A stretch of 32,266 nt of DNA from Clostridiales bacterium (GTDB lineage: Bacteria; Bacillota; Clostridia; Christensenellales; JAISNN01). The position numbers and the translations under genes are program-made. Shown here piece by piece: positions 8,567-17,210 of the stretch (position 1 is its first letter; every line of letters starts with the position of its first letter). The stretch is from positions 1-32,266 of the forward strand of contig JAISQX010000058.1 in NCBI GenBank assembly GCA_031273965.1, in the 5' to 3' direction. The notes beneath the pieces were generated by a model. That model searched no databases. It was given only the letters and a program-made list of their open reading frames with translations, and was not told the origin of the DNA.

Positions 8567-9874
8567 ATGAACGGTAAGAAAATAAGAGGCTTGATGCTAT
8601 TTTGTCTTGTTATCGCGTTAGTTTTTAGCCTTTCATCGTGTTTTACGAAGAGCGGTAAGTCGGCTTACGAGATAGCGGTCGACAACGGTTTTGTCGGCAG
8701 TGAGACAGACTGGCTGGCAAGCTTGAAGGGGTTGTCGGGAAGCGACGGTACGGATGCGGAAAGTCCTAGCATAGAGGATATCTACGAGGCGTATCTGAAT
8801 AACGGCGGCAATCTCGGGTTTGATGATTTTTTAAGAGAATATCTTTCGGCGAATTACACGCCGGTAGATAAGGCGACGAACGAGGCGTTGCGTTCCGTCG
8901 TCGCCGTTACGGCGGGATTTTCGAGCGGAACGTTACTCGGCGCGGGCGTTATATTCAAATTGGATCAAGAAACCGGAACGGCTTATATAATCACAAATTA
9001 TCACGTCATATACGATAGCGCAATAAGCGCGAACATTAGCGTATATTTGTACGGACATGAGGGGCGCGCGGGATATGCCGTTCCGGCGTCGTATATCGGC
9101 GGTTCGGCGGATAACGATATCGCCGTTCTCATTGCCTCAGGAAGCAATACTATAAAGAATAGCCAGACGGCGGCGGCGGCAACGGTCGCCGATTCCGACG
9201 ACGTATATCCGGGCGGTACGGTGATCGCCGTCGGTAATGCGCAAGGTCGCGGTATATCGGTTACAAAGGGAGTCGTAAGTCTTGATTCCGAGGAGATATA
9301 CATGAATAAAATAACAGGATCGGGAATGGTCGCGATGAGAGTCATGAGAGTTGACGCCGCCATAAACGGCGGAAATTCCGGCGGCGGTCTCTTTAACGAA
9401 GACGGGGAGATAATCGGCATAGTCAATGCGAAAACTGCAAACGAAGAAATCGAAAATATGGCTTACGCCATACCCTCAAATATCGCTTTCGGTATTGCGG
9501 AAAATATTATCTACAACAACGGCTCGGCAAAAAAGGCTAATTTAGGCATTACGACAAGCGTAGTAGACATATCGCAGATTGAGGACCCCGTGACCGGAAG
9601 AGTAAAAATCGTTCATACCGTAAACGTTATCGCCGCTATGTCGGCGCCCGCGCAAGGAAAGCTTTCGTTCAACGACACTATTCTCTCTTTGACGCTCAAA
9701 AGCTCGACGGGAGTCGTAAAAGCGCAAAAGGATATTACGCGCAATTTTATGATTACGGATTTTATTTTTAATGCCAGACCAAACGATATTTTGGTTATCA
9801 GAGTAAAACGCGGCATGACGCAAGTAGACGTGCAAATGACGTTATTTTCACAATATTTTTCTACGGTGGCGTAA
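8567..9874 (+). CDS. Trypsin-like (S1C/HtrA-type) serine protease lipoprotein
   Basis: AGAGG SD. The signal peptide carries a lipobox-like LSSC. The catalytic-triad contexts are ITNYHVI (His), NDIAVL (Asp) and GNSGGGLF (Ser). Confidence 0.88.
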   Translation: MNGKKIRGLMLFCLVIALVFSLSSCFTKSGKSAYEIAVDNGFVGSETDWLASLKGLSGSDGTDAESPSIEDIYEAYLNNGGNLGFDDFLREYLSANYTPVDKATNEALRSVVAVTAGFSSGTLLGAGVIFKLDQETGTAYIITNYHVIYDSAISANISVYLYGHEGRAGYAVPASYIGGSADNDIAVLIASGSNTIKNSQTAAAATVADSDDVYPGGTVIAVGNAQGRGISVTKGVVSLDSEEIYMNKITGSGMVAMRVMRVDAAINGGNSGGGLFNEDGEIIGIVNAKTANEEIENMAYAIPSNIAFGIAENIIYNNGSAKKANLGITTSVVDISQIEDPVTGRVKIVHTVNVIAAMSAPAQGKLSFNDTILSLTLKSSTGVVKAQKDITRNFMITDFIFNARPNDILVIRVKRGMTQVDVQMTLFSQYFSTVA

Positions 9875-9941
9875 AAGTAACGGTATATAAATATCGGTAT
9901 GTCTTGGCGAATAAATAAACCGAATAAAAAGACGATAGATT

Positions 9942-9975
9942 AAAAAGGGCAAAAACCGCGGTTTTTGCCCTTTTT
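9942..9975. terminator. Bidirectional intrinsic terminator
   Basis: Perfect palindrome AAAAAGGGCAAAAAC-CGCG-GTTTTTGCCCTTTTT, with A5 and T5 flanks. It lies between the convergent protease and symporter genes. Confidence 0.85.
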
Positions 9976-10170
9976 ACTTATATGTTTTTATATAAGTACT
10001 ATGGCTATCCTCACAAAAACGGAAGGAACGCAAAGCGCGATTTTTAAGGCTTAATATAGGGAAATGAAATTATAGACGCGCGTATAAAGCGTCGAAAGGC
10101 TTTGAAAGGAGGACGGGGGAAAATTTATCAAAATTTTTCCGCAGTCTTATAGACATCCTCAATCGTCATG

Positions 10171-11562
10171 TTAAACGGCTCTTCTCCTTTGTAATTCCTC
10201 GGCTATTTCAAGCTTTTTCTTTGGTGTAAGGTCGTACTTTATAAGCGGAATTATTGAAAGCAACGAGAATATACCGGGGACGGCGGTGTAAGTAAAGTAC
10301 ACTATTTTTGCGGTTGTATCGGATTGACCTCCGACCTTTGATACATCGTAACCGGAGACCGAGAGAAGAATAAGCCCGAGAGCCGTGCCCATAGCGAGAG
10401 TTACTTTTACGGTAAGGCTCAGAACGGCGTACACGGTGCCTTCCGCGCGCTTTCCCGTTTTGTATTCATAGTAGTCTATACTGTCGGCGGTCATTATTAC
10501 CGGTAAAAGATTGACCACCGAGAATTGAAAGCCCATTAGGAAGAGAAAAATAAACATGGTCGTCATGCTGTTTGTGCCGACAAAGAATGTGACGAGGGAC
10601 ATGACGAAGCCATATAGCGAAACGCCGATACAGACGTTTTTTTCGCCGAATTTTTTTATGAGAAGCGGTACGAACGCCATTCCGAGGACGGCGCCTATTC
10701 CGCCTGTAATTCCTATTATGAGTACATAATTTTGACTTCCCATTACGGAATTGGCGGTCTGAACGGCTATGCTCGTCTGTATCTGCCGCCCGAAGCCTAA
10801 AAAACAGGAGATAATGACTAATAAAAAAGGCTTGTTTCCTTTGAGTACGGAGAGCATATCCTTAAAAGACATCCTTTCCGCTCTGTAAGGAACGCGTTCG
10901 CGGTTTACTATGTATATGAGCGCGAAGAGACCGCATCCGATTAAGGCGATGACTATGGCGCTTATGGTAAATTCGTCAACGCTTATAGGCGTATCCGCGG
11001 CGCCTTTCTCGGTAATGACCGCCGAGCCGCCGGGTACTATCAGACAGACTATAGGAAGAACGGCGGCGGCGGCGGAAAGACCTATGGCTTTGAAGGTATT
11101 AGCCACTGAAACCAAATTTGTGCGTTCGGTTGGGTTGGGCGTGGCGACGGACGCGATTGCTTGAGACGGAACGTCTCCCAAAGTCGACGCCATGCTAAAA
11201 AATAAAAAGGTAACGAAAATATAGGCGTAGAGAGCCGCGCCGCGGAAAGGAACCTTTATAAATATCAGGATAGTCATCGCCATAAGAGGAAGAAGAGAAA
11301 ATAGGATAAAGGGCTTTAGCTTGCCTTTTTTTCCATTTGTACGGTCAATCAAATTGCCGACGATAGGGTCGAACGCCGCCGAAATTACGCGGACAACAAG
11401 CAGTAATATTCCTATAACGGCAAAATCCGCCGCCATGCCCGTGACATAAAATTCGGCTTGATAGGAGTTTAAATAACCGATTATGAGCTGAAAGCCGAAT
11501 AGCCCGAGGGAATAGGATACGATTTCTTTTGTTGATAAATGCTTTTTTGCCGAAGTTTCCAT
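10171..11562 (-). CDS. MFS transporter, glycoside-pentoside-hexuronide (GPH):cation symporter family
   Basis: 463-aa polytopic protein. The GPH-type loop motif DPIVGNLIDRTNGKKGKLKPF follows TM2. Confidence 0.88.
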   Translation of the reverse strand: METSAKKHLSTKEIVSYSLGLFGFQLIIGYLNSYQAEFYVTGMAADFAVIGILLLVVRVISAAFDPIVGNLIDRTNGKKGKLKPFILFSLLPLMAMTILIFIKVPFRGAALYAYIFVTFLFFSMASTLGDVPSQAIASVATPNPTERTNLVSVANTFKAIGLSAAAAVLPIVCLIVPGGSAVITEKGAADTPISVDEFTISAIVIALIGCGLFALIYIVNRERVPYRAERMSFKDMLSVLKGNKPFLLVIISCFLGFGRQIQTSIAVQTANSVMGSQNYVLIIGITGGIGAVLGMAFVPLLIKKFGEKNVCIGVSLYGFVMSLVTFFVGTNSMTTMFIFLFLMGFQFSVVNLLPVIMTADSIDYYEYKTGKRAEGTVYAVLSLTVKVTLAMGTALGLILLSVSGYDVSKVGGQSDTTAKIVYFTYTAVPGIFSLLSIIPLIKYDLTPKKKLEIAEELQRRRAV

Positions 11563-11635
11563 GAAATTCTCCTTATTTTGTCGACGGGTTTGCGTACGTC
11601 GGTCTTTGCCTTGGCACGTCTTTTATGTTTATATC

Positions 11636-11664
11636 AATATACCATATCAAAGGCAAAAAATCAA
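11636..11664 (-). promoter_or_regulatory. Sigma-A promoter with extended -10 for the symporter gene
   Basis: The minus strand reads TTGATT (11664-11659), a 17-nt spacer, then TGgTATATT (-10 at 11641-11636), about 70 nt upstream of the ATG at 11562. Confidence 0.6.
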
Positions 11665-11755
11665 TGGAGAATGAGAAAAAACCCAACAATTATTTCATGG
11701 CTTGCGCATGAAAGCGCATAAGCCCTGTAAAAGATTTGGGGATAAGGAGAAAGAA

Positions 11756-11785
11756 TTGGACAAATAAGAGGTTTTACGCTATAAT
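11756..11785 (+). promoter_or_regulatory. Candidate sigma-A promoter for the hydrolase gene
   Basis: TTGGAC at 11756-11761, 18-nt spacer, TATAAT at 11780-11785. A second TATAAT at 11797-11802 makes the assignment ambiguous. Confidence 0.4.
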
Positions 11786-11879
11786 ATTTAAAATTATATA
11801 ATTTTTACGAGGTTTAGTTCGCTTCGTATTTAGCGGCTTACCGGGCGATATCGGTAAAATTTGTTTGGAGGCGGTGAAA

Positions 11880-13982
11880 ATGTCTAAGGTTATCGTAGTT
11901 TCTAAAACCCATATGGATTTGGGATATACCGATTATGCGTCCGTAATTCGACGGAAATATATAGATGAATTTATTCCCGCCGCGGTCAAGATTGCCGCCG
12001 CGCTGAATAAAAACGGCGACAAAAAATTTGTTTGGACAACGGGCGCATGGATACTCAAGGAAGCTCTAAACGACAGCGAGGAGAGCGGTCGGATTGCGCT
12101 TGTCGAAGCCGTTAAGCGCGGAGACATCGCGCCGCACGCAATGCCTTTTACCACGCACACCGAATTACTCGACTTTGATACCTTAGATTACGGTTTGTCA
12201 ATCGTGGAAGAAATTGATAGAATTTCCGGCAGAAAGACGATCGCCGCCAAATTGACGGACGTCCCCGGTCATACGGTCGGAATTGTGCCGATACTCGCAA
12301 AGCACGGCGTAAAACTATTGCATATCGGCGTGAACGGCGCGTCCGCGTTGCCAAACGTACCGCCTTGTTTTCTGTGGAAACGCGGAAAATCTGAGGTTGT
12401 CGTAATCTATTCCGGCGATTACGGTGGCGGATTTTCTTGTGACCTTACCGACGACGTTCTGTTTTTTGACCATACCTATGACAATCAAGGTTCGAACGGC
12501 GAAAAGGCGGTATTAGACCGCTTAAAAAACCTAAAAAAACGCTATCCAAACCATGAAGTAGTCGCGGGGCGGTTAGACGATTACGCGGAAATTATTTGGG
12601 AAAAACGAGAGCGATTGCCCATTATAACCGATGAAATTGGGGATACGTGGATTCACGGCGCGGCGGCGGATCCTTATAAGGCGGGCGCGATACGCGAATT
12701 GATTGCGCTAAAAAACGCATGGCTGAAAGAAGGAAGCTTGAAGAGGGAAAGCGCGGCGTACCGGACGCTTGCCGACAATCTTCTATGCTTAGCCGAACAT
12801 ACCTGCGGCATGGATATCAAATCGAATTTAGGAGATTTTACCCATTATTTAAGAAAGGATTTTGAACGCGCAAAATCCATGGATACGGTAAAACACGGAC
12901 TTCGCGAACTGTTTTTGGAGTTTCCTATCGGCTTAATCGAGGGATGGTTCCGTCTTTTTAAGGTCAGAAAGCGACAAGGCTCATATAGCGCTGTGGAAAA
13001 AAGTTGGCAAGAGCAGCGCGCATACATAGCGGAGGCGATTGCGGGCTTAAACGCGGAACAAAAAGCCGAAGCGGAGAAAGGATTAAAAACCTTGCTGCCG
13101 GTAAAATTGCCCGTTCAAGAGCGACAGACGCCGTTAAACGACATGGAATCTTTAAAAGAATATGCTTTCGGCAAGTGGGCGTTTACGGTGGATAATCGGC
13201 GAAAAACCGCGGATTCGGATACCGATTTCGGAATTTCGGTGAGTTATGAGGGACGCGCGCTTTTTAGAGGCGGGGCGCCGCTTCTATACCGCGGTTATAA
13301 CGCGACCGACTATAATGTATGGATCCAAAATTATACGCGGGATCTCAAAAAAACTTATCTATGGGCGTTGGGAGATTTTTCGCGTCCAAACCTAAAATAT
13401 GTCGAGGGTAAGTATCCTTCGGGCGATTTTTATTACGAGCCCGCCCGAATTGGCGGCGGACTTGAAGGGGGAGCGTTTGTTCTGTCCGTAGTGCTAAAAG
13501 CAAAAGAGATTGCGCATAGGGAATTAGGCGCGCCCGAAACGGCGGAAATTGTCTATACCTTTTATCCCGATCGGCTAAAAATCGAGGTTACTTGGCTAAA
13601 CAAGCCCAAAAACAGATTGACCGAAGCGATACTGTTTCGGCTTTTTCCCGCCTTTACGGACGGCGCGCTGAAGTATAGCAAGTCGGGCAGCGTGATAAAT
13701 GCCGAAGAGATAGCGGAAAACGGCGGCAGGAATCTTTCCGCCGTCGAAAATGCGACGTTGAACACGGAGGCGGGAACCTTTATCTTTGTTAACCGTCACG
13801 CTCCTCTGCTTGCGCGCGGCGACGGCAATTTTTTGCATTTTGAAAAGACGAAATTCCGGGATATTTTCAAGGACGGAATTTCATTTATATTGCACAACAA
13901 CGTTTGGGGAACGAATTTTCCGCTCTGGTACGGCGATAACGCATATTTTGAGTTTGAGATTAAACCCGTTATTTCTGATTGA
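11880..13982 (+). CDS. DUF5054-family putative glycoside hydrolase (GH38-like N-terminal fold)
   Basis: I prefer the ATG at 11880 (GGAGG at 11867-11871, 8-nt spacer) over the track's TTG at 11865. The N-terminus VIVVSKTHMDLGYTD resembles the metal-binding start of GH38/DUF5054 proteins. The gene is divergent from a sugar symporter. The family call is from memory of the motif. Confidence 0.8.
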   Translation: MSKVIVVSKTHMDLGYTDYASVIRRKYIDEFIPAAVKIAAALNKNGDKKFVWTTGAWILKEALNDSEESGRIALVEAVKRGDIAPHAMPFTTHTELLDFDTLDYGLSIVEEIDRISGRKTIAAKLTDVPGHTVGIVPILAKHGVKLLHIGVNGASALPNVPPCFLWKRGKSEVVVIYSGDYGGGFSCDLTDDVLFFDHTYDNQGSNGEKAVLDRLKNLKKRYPNHEVVAGRLDDYAEIIWEKRERLPIITDEIGDTWIHGAAADPYKAGAIRELIALKNAWLKEGSLKRESAAYRTLADNLLCLAEHTCGMDIKSNLGDFTHYLRKDFERAKSMDTVKHGLRELFLEFPIGLIEGWFRLFKVRKRQGSYSAVEKSWQEQRAYIAEAIAGLNAEQKAEAEKGLKTLLPVKLPVQERQTPLNDMESLKEYAFGKWAFTVDNRRKTADSDTDFGISVSYEGRALFRGGAPLLYRGYNATDYNVWIQNYTRDLKKTYLWALGDFSRPNLKYVEGKYPSGDFYYEPARIGGGLEGGAFVLSVVLKAKEIAHRELGAPETAEIVYTFYPDRLKIEVTWLNKPKNRLTEAILFRLFPAFTDGALKYSKSGSVINAEEIAENGGRNLSAVENATLNTEAGTFIFVNRHAPLLARGDGNFLHFEKTKFRDIFKDGISFILHNNVWGTNFPLWYGDNAYFEFEIKPVISD

Positions 13983-14062
13983 CAATTTTAATGAGAAAAA
14001 TTAATCATTGTCTTTTACAATATTCGAGTTCCGATATAAAAAAAATAGACGTATCAAAATAA

Positions 14063-14091
14063 TTGATATTTTTGCTTTTCGGTAGTAAAAT
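14063..14091 (+). promoter_or_regulatory. Candidate sigma-A promoter abutting the ClC start codon
   Basis: TTGATA at 14063-14068, 17-nt spacer, TAAAAT at 14086-14091. The ATG at 14099 is 8 nt downstream and no SD is visible. Confidence 0.4.
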
Positions 14092-14098
14092 TATATAC

Positions 14099-15403
14099 AT
14101 GAAAAATAAACTGAAAAGTTTTTCGTTGTTTATCTCGGCTATAATCAAGTGGCTGATTATAGCCGGAGGAACGGGCGGCGCGGTCGGAGCGGTAAGCGCG
14201 GGATTTATGTGGCTTTTGGAAAAAGCGACGGAGTTTACGGGCGGTATAGACCGTTATTTTTTGATGTTGCCGGCGGCGATGTTTCTTTCGGCGTTTTTGG
14301 TAAAATACCTTGCGCCGTCGGCGGAAGGACACGGCACGGAAAAAGCCATAGAAGCGATCCATAATAACGGCGGTCGGATAAAAATCGGAGTCATTCCCGT
14401 AAAGATTGCGGCGACGGTTATAACCATAGCGGGCGGCGGTTCGGCGGGCAAAGAGGGGCCCACGACACAGATAGGAGCGGGCGCCGCAAGCTTTATCGCG
14501 CGGGTGTTACGGTTGGACGTAAGGGACACAAAAGCGCTCGTCGTCTGCGGCATGAGCGCGGCTTTTGCGGCTATATTCGCGACGCCGATAGCGGCGGCGG
14601 TGTTTACCGTCGAGGTTTTGGTGGTGGGTAGGCTTAATTTAAGAAATATATTTCCCGTGATGACGGCGGCAATCGCGGGATATTTTGTGTCAAACGCTTT
14701 GGGAGTTACGCCCGATGCGATGCCGAATCTTTCGTCTTTTGCATTTACGCCGTCAAACGCTCTTTTTAACATCGGAATCGCTTTGCTTGCGGGCTTATTT
14801 TTTGGTATAGTGTCGCTCATAACCGTTTCGGTGATAAACGGAACGCACAAGCTGTCCTCGGGGCTAAGGATATATAAGCCGCTTAAGGGACTTATCGGCG
14901 GCGGCGTTATCGTCGTATTGGCGTTGATATTCGGAACGGATTATCTCGGCATGGGAATAAATTATTTTACAAAAATAGCGGAGGGTCAAGAGGCGCGCCT
15001 TTATGATTTTTTGCTAAAAATAATCTTTACGGCGATTACGCTGTCTTTCGGCGGAAGCGGGGGAGTCCTTACGCCGCTTATGTTTATAGGGATAACGTCC
15101 GGCAGCGCCTTTGCTTCCGTGTTCAATCTGGATCCGTCGGTTTTTGCCTGTCTCGGAATGCTGGCGGTACTCGCAAGCTCGACAAACACGCCTCTCGCGT
15201 GCATAATAATGGCGTTCGAAATGTTTTTTAGTCCGTCCTTTGCCGTGATTGCCGCCGTGGCTTGTCCTGTCGCGTATTTAGTTACGGGGCATAGAAGCGT
15301 TTATCCGACTCAACTTATGAGAGAGTCCAAAATAGAGAGCATAAGACTGGAATCGATTACGGCGGAGCAGCCGAAAGAAGTATTTTTTAAACGTAAACGT
15401 TAA
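14099..15403 (+). CDS. ClC-family chloride/anion channel or antiporter
   Basis: The protein has GKEGP (the gating-Glu motif, canonical GREGP) and GGVLTP (canonical GxFxP), with about 10 or more hydrophobic helices. I chose the ATG start (MKNKLKSF..) over the upstream TTG at 14063. Confidence 0.88.
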   Translation: MKNKLKSFSLFISAIIKWLIIAGGTGGAVGAVSAGFMWLLEKATEFTGGIDRYFLMLPAAMFLSAFLVKYLAPSAEGHGTEKAIEAIHNNGGRIKIGVIPVKIAATVITIAGGGSAGKEGPTTQIGAGAASFIARVLRLDVRDTKALVVCGMSAAFAAIFATPIAAAVFTVEVLVVGRLNLRNIFPVMTAAIAGYFVSNALGVTPDAMPNLSSFAFTPSNALFNIGIALLAGLFFGIVSLITVSVINGTHKLSSGLRIYKPLKGLIGGGVIVVLALIFGTDYLGMGINYFTKIAEGQEARLYDFLLKIIFTAITLSFGGSGGVLTPLMFIGITSGSAFASVFNLDPSVFACLGMLAVLASSTNTPLACIIMAFEMFFSPSFAVIAAVACPVAYLVTGHRSVYPTQLMRESKIESIRLESITAEQPKEVFFKRKR

Positions 15404-15479
15404 GATTTTTAATATAATGCGGTTGCTTGTGTTTTTTTTTCGTTCGCGCGCCGCTTAAAAAACAAAAAAAAGAGTAAAT

Positions 15480-16196
15480 ATGGAAAAAACTATATCTATT
15501 GATACGCAAAACGGTAAAATACCCGTTTATATCGCCAAAAAGAAGGGAATAAAAAATATAAATCTATATGTTAAGCCGCTTGACGGACGGGTAAGCGTAA
15601 CCGCGCCGCATAATTCCGATACGGAGCGTATAAGAGCTTTTGTGGAGAGCAAGAGCGCGTGGATAGAAAAGCAATTAAGAAAGGCGGCGGAATATGAGAA
15701 GATCAAGGAAAACCGCCTTACATACGAGAGCGGAGAACGCATAAGAATCTTTGGACGCGAATATGTCGTGGAGCGAAAGGAAAGCCAAAGACCTAATATT
15801 CGTACGGAAGGCGACAGACTTATTTACGGAATGCCGGAGAATATAGAAAGTGAAAAAAAACAAGAATACTTTGAAAAATGGCAGGCGGAGCGATTAAAAG
15901 CCGAAGCGAAGGAGCGTATTGCGTATTGGGAAGCGCGAACCGGGCTAAAATGCTCCGGATGGGCGGTCGGACGAATGCATAAGCGCTGGGGCAGCTGTAA
16001 CGTAAAGACAAAAAAAATACGGTTGAGTATAATGCTTACTTTTGAAAGTCCGGATTTTTTGGATTACGTCATAGTTCACGAATTGGCGCATCTTGTCTCC
16101 AAATATCATGACAATAAGTTTTACGATATGGTCGAAAGATTTATTCCCGGCGCAAAAGCCGAATTTGCAAAGGGGCCCCGACGTCCGAAAAGATAA
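15480..16196 (+). CDS. DUF45/YgjP-like zinc metallopeptidase (M48-related)
   Basis: The C-terminal region WGSC....VIVHELAHL (HExxH) is typical of the DUF45 family. Confidence 0.85.
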   Translation: MEKTISIDTQNGKIPVYIAKKKGIKNINLYVKPLDGRVSVTAPHNSDTERIRAFVESKSAWIEKQLRKAAEYEKIKENRLTYESGERIRIFGREYVVERKESQRPNIRTEGDRLIYGMPENIESEKKQEYFEKWQAERLKAEAKERIAYWEARTGLKCSGWAVGRMHKRWGSCNVKTKKIRLSIMLTFESPDFLDYVIVHELAHLVSKYHDNKFYDMVERFIPGAKAEFAKGPRRPKR

Positions 16197-16295
16197 CTAT
16201 TCTACTAAAATTATCTGAAAAATAGACTGTTTGGGTTTTTTTAGCGGACAATTAAAAAAAATTTATATAAATTCAAAAAAAATTCAAAAAAGAGG

Positions 16296-16324
16296 TTGCT
16301 TTTTCTGTATTTTTCTGATATAAT
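16296..16324 (+). promoter_or_regulatory. Sigma-A promoter with extended -10 for marR
   Basis: TTGCTT at 16296-16301, 17-nt spacer, TGaTATAAT (-10 at 16319-16324). Confidence 0.65.
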
Positions 16325-16346
16325 AAGCAAACATTTTAAATGTCGA

Positions 16347-16362
16347 TGTCTTTATATAGACA
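16347..16362. promoter_or_regulatory. Palindrome TGTCT-N6-AGACA in the marR leader (candidate MarR operator)
   Basis: TGTCTTTATATAGACA lies about 20-35 nt downstream of the -10 box. MarR regulators commonly autoregulate through such palindromes. This is inference only. Confidence 0.3.
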
Positions 16363-16397
16363 AGCAAAAATAAAACCTAAAAGGGGTAGTAGTTATT

Positions 16398-16859
16398 ATG
16401 TTTGAAGAAAAAGTTTACGAGTTTTTGGATGAAATCGTCAAAGTAGCGCCGATGTTCAAAAAGAATTTTATCGAGTCGTTGGGCTTTATAAAAGAGGGAC
16501 AACTGTCTAATCACCAGTATTTTTGTCTTTCTATTATAGCCATGCAAGAACCGGTGTCGATGAGTATACTCGCAGAGGGTCTGAACGTTTCGAAGCAACA
16601 GCTTACGAGAGTCGTTGACGATTTGGTGGCGTTGGGACTTATCGAGCGTTGTGTCGATCCTAACGACCGCCGCATTATCCTTGCGAAGCTTAGCCGCAAG
16701 GGAGAGAAGTACATTGCGAAACTTAAAGCGACGGCAAAAGAGCGCACCGCGTCATTGCTCAAGATAGTATCAGCCGAAGAGTTTGAAGAAGCTATACGCT
16801 GTCTAAAAAATCTGTCCGACTTTTATGAAAAAACCAAAAATATCGAGAGTGAGGAATAA
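16398..16859 (+). CDS. MarR-family transcriptional regulator
   Basis: 153 aa. It has the winged-helix region ILAEGLNVSKQQLTRVVDDLVALGLIERCVDPNDRRIILAKLSRKGE, typical of MarR. Confidence 0.92.
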   Translation: MFEEKVYEFLDEIVKVAPMFKKNFIESLGFIKEGQLSNHQYFCLSIIAMQEPVSMSILAEGLNVSKQQLTRVVDDLVALGLIERCVDPNDRRIILAKLSRKGEKYIAKLKATAKERTASLLKIVSAEEFEEAIRCLKNLSDFYEKTKNIESEE

Positions 16860-16972
16860 GTTTCGTCTGTTTGCGGTTTAGATTATGCGCGGTACTATAA
16901 CGTCAAGTTTGCGGATTATTCCGGAATGAATTGAGAGTATGTCGGTGTAAGGTTAAGCCGGTTTTGAGAGAA

Positions 16973-17020
16973 AAGCAAACGGGAAAAGGTTTTGAAAGAC
17001 CTTTTCCCGTTTGCTTTTTT
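16973..17020 (+). terminator. Strong intrinsic terminator after marR
   Basis: 18-bp perfect stem 16973-16990 / 16999-17016 with an 8-nt loop. The T-run extends to 17020. Confidence 0.9.
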
Positions 17021-17047
17021 ATAAGGCATAGAGCCGTGTATTATAAG

Positions 17048-17080
17048 ATTTTTGCGGGAGCTATGCGGCGCGCATAAAAT
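17048..17080 (+). repeat. Copy A of a short element flanking the vanW-family gene
   Basis: ATTTTTGCGG-gagctatgcg-GCGCGCATAAAAT. It shares the 10-mer and the 13-mer with copy B at 18492-18515. Confidence 0.6.
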
Positions 17081-17210
17081 CGCGAACCGCATAAAAACCT
17101 CTCTTATTCTGTATACTACTTATTATCTTACAAATATTAATCGCGCCGTTAAGACTCGTGCGCCGTATTAATTTTGTTGACGATAGAGTATGTTGAAAGG
17201 GGGGAGAGAT

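Noticed and set aside
8464-10141. GAGGA-GGGGG-..TATCAAAA(A/T)TTTTCCG motif on both sides of the protease gene (8464-8497 and 10106-10141)
   Set aside because: It matches at only about 26 of 35 positions, and the core is low-complexity A/T. My rough estimate is that about one such match is expected by chance in a 32-kb window on both strands. I keep it as a note only.
13983-14098. Fluoride riboswitch upstream of the ClC gene
   Set aside because: The 116-nt AT-rich interval has none of the conserved crcB-motif elements (GGxGAUGG..., CCGCC pseudoknot) that I can recognise.
14254-14850. 198-aa minus-strand ORF antisense to the ClC gene
   Set aside because: It is the shadow of a GC-rich, Ala/Gly-rich membrane-protein frame, with no start signals.
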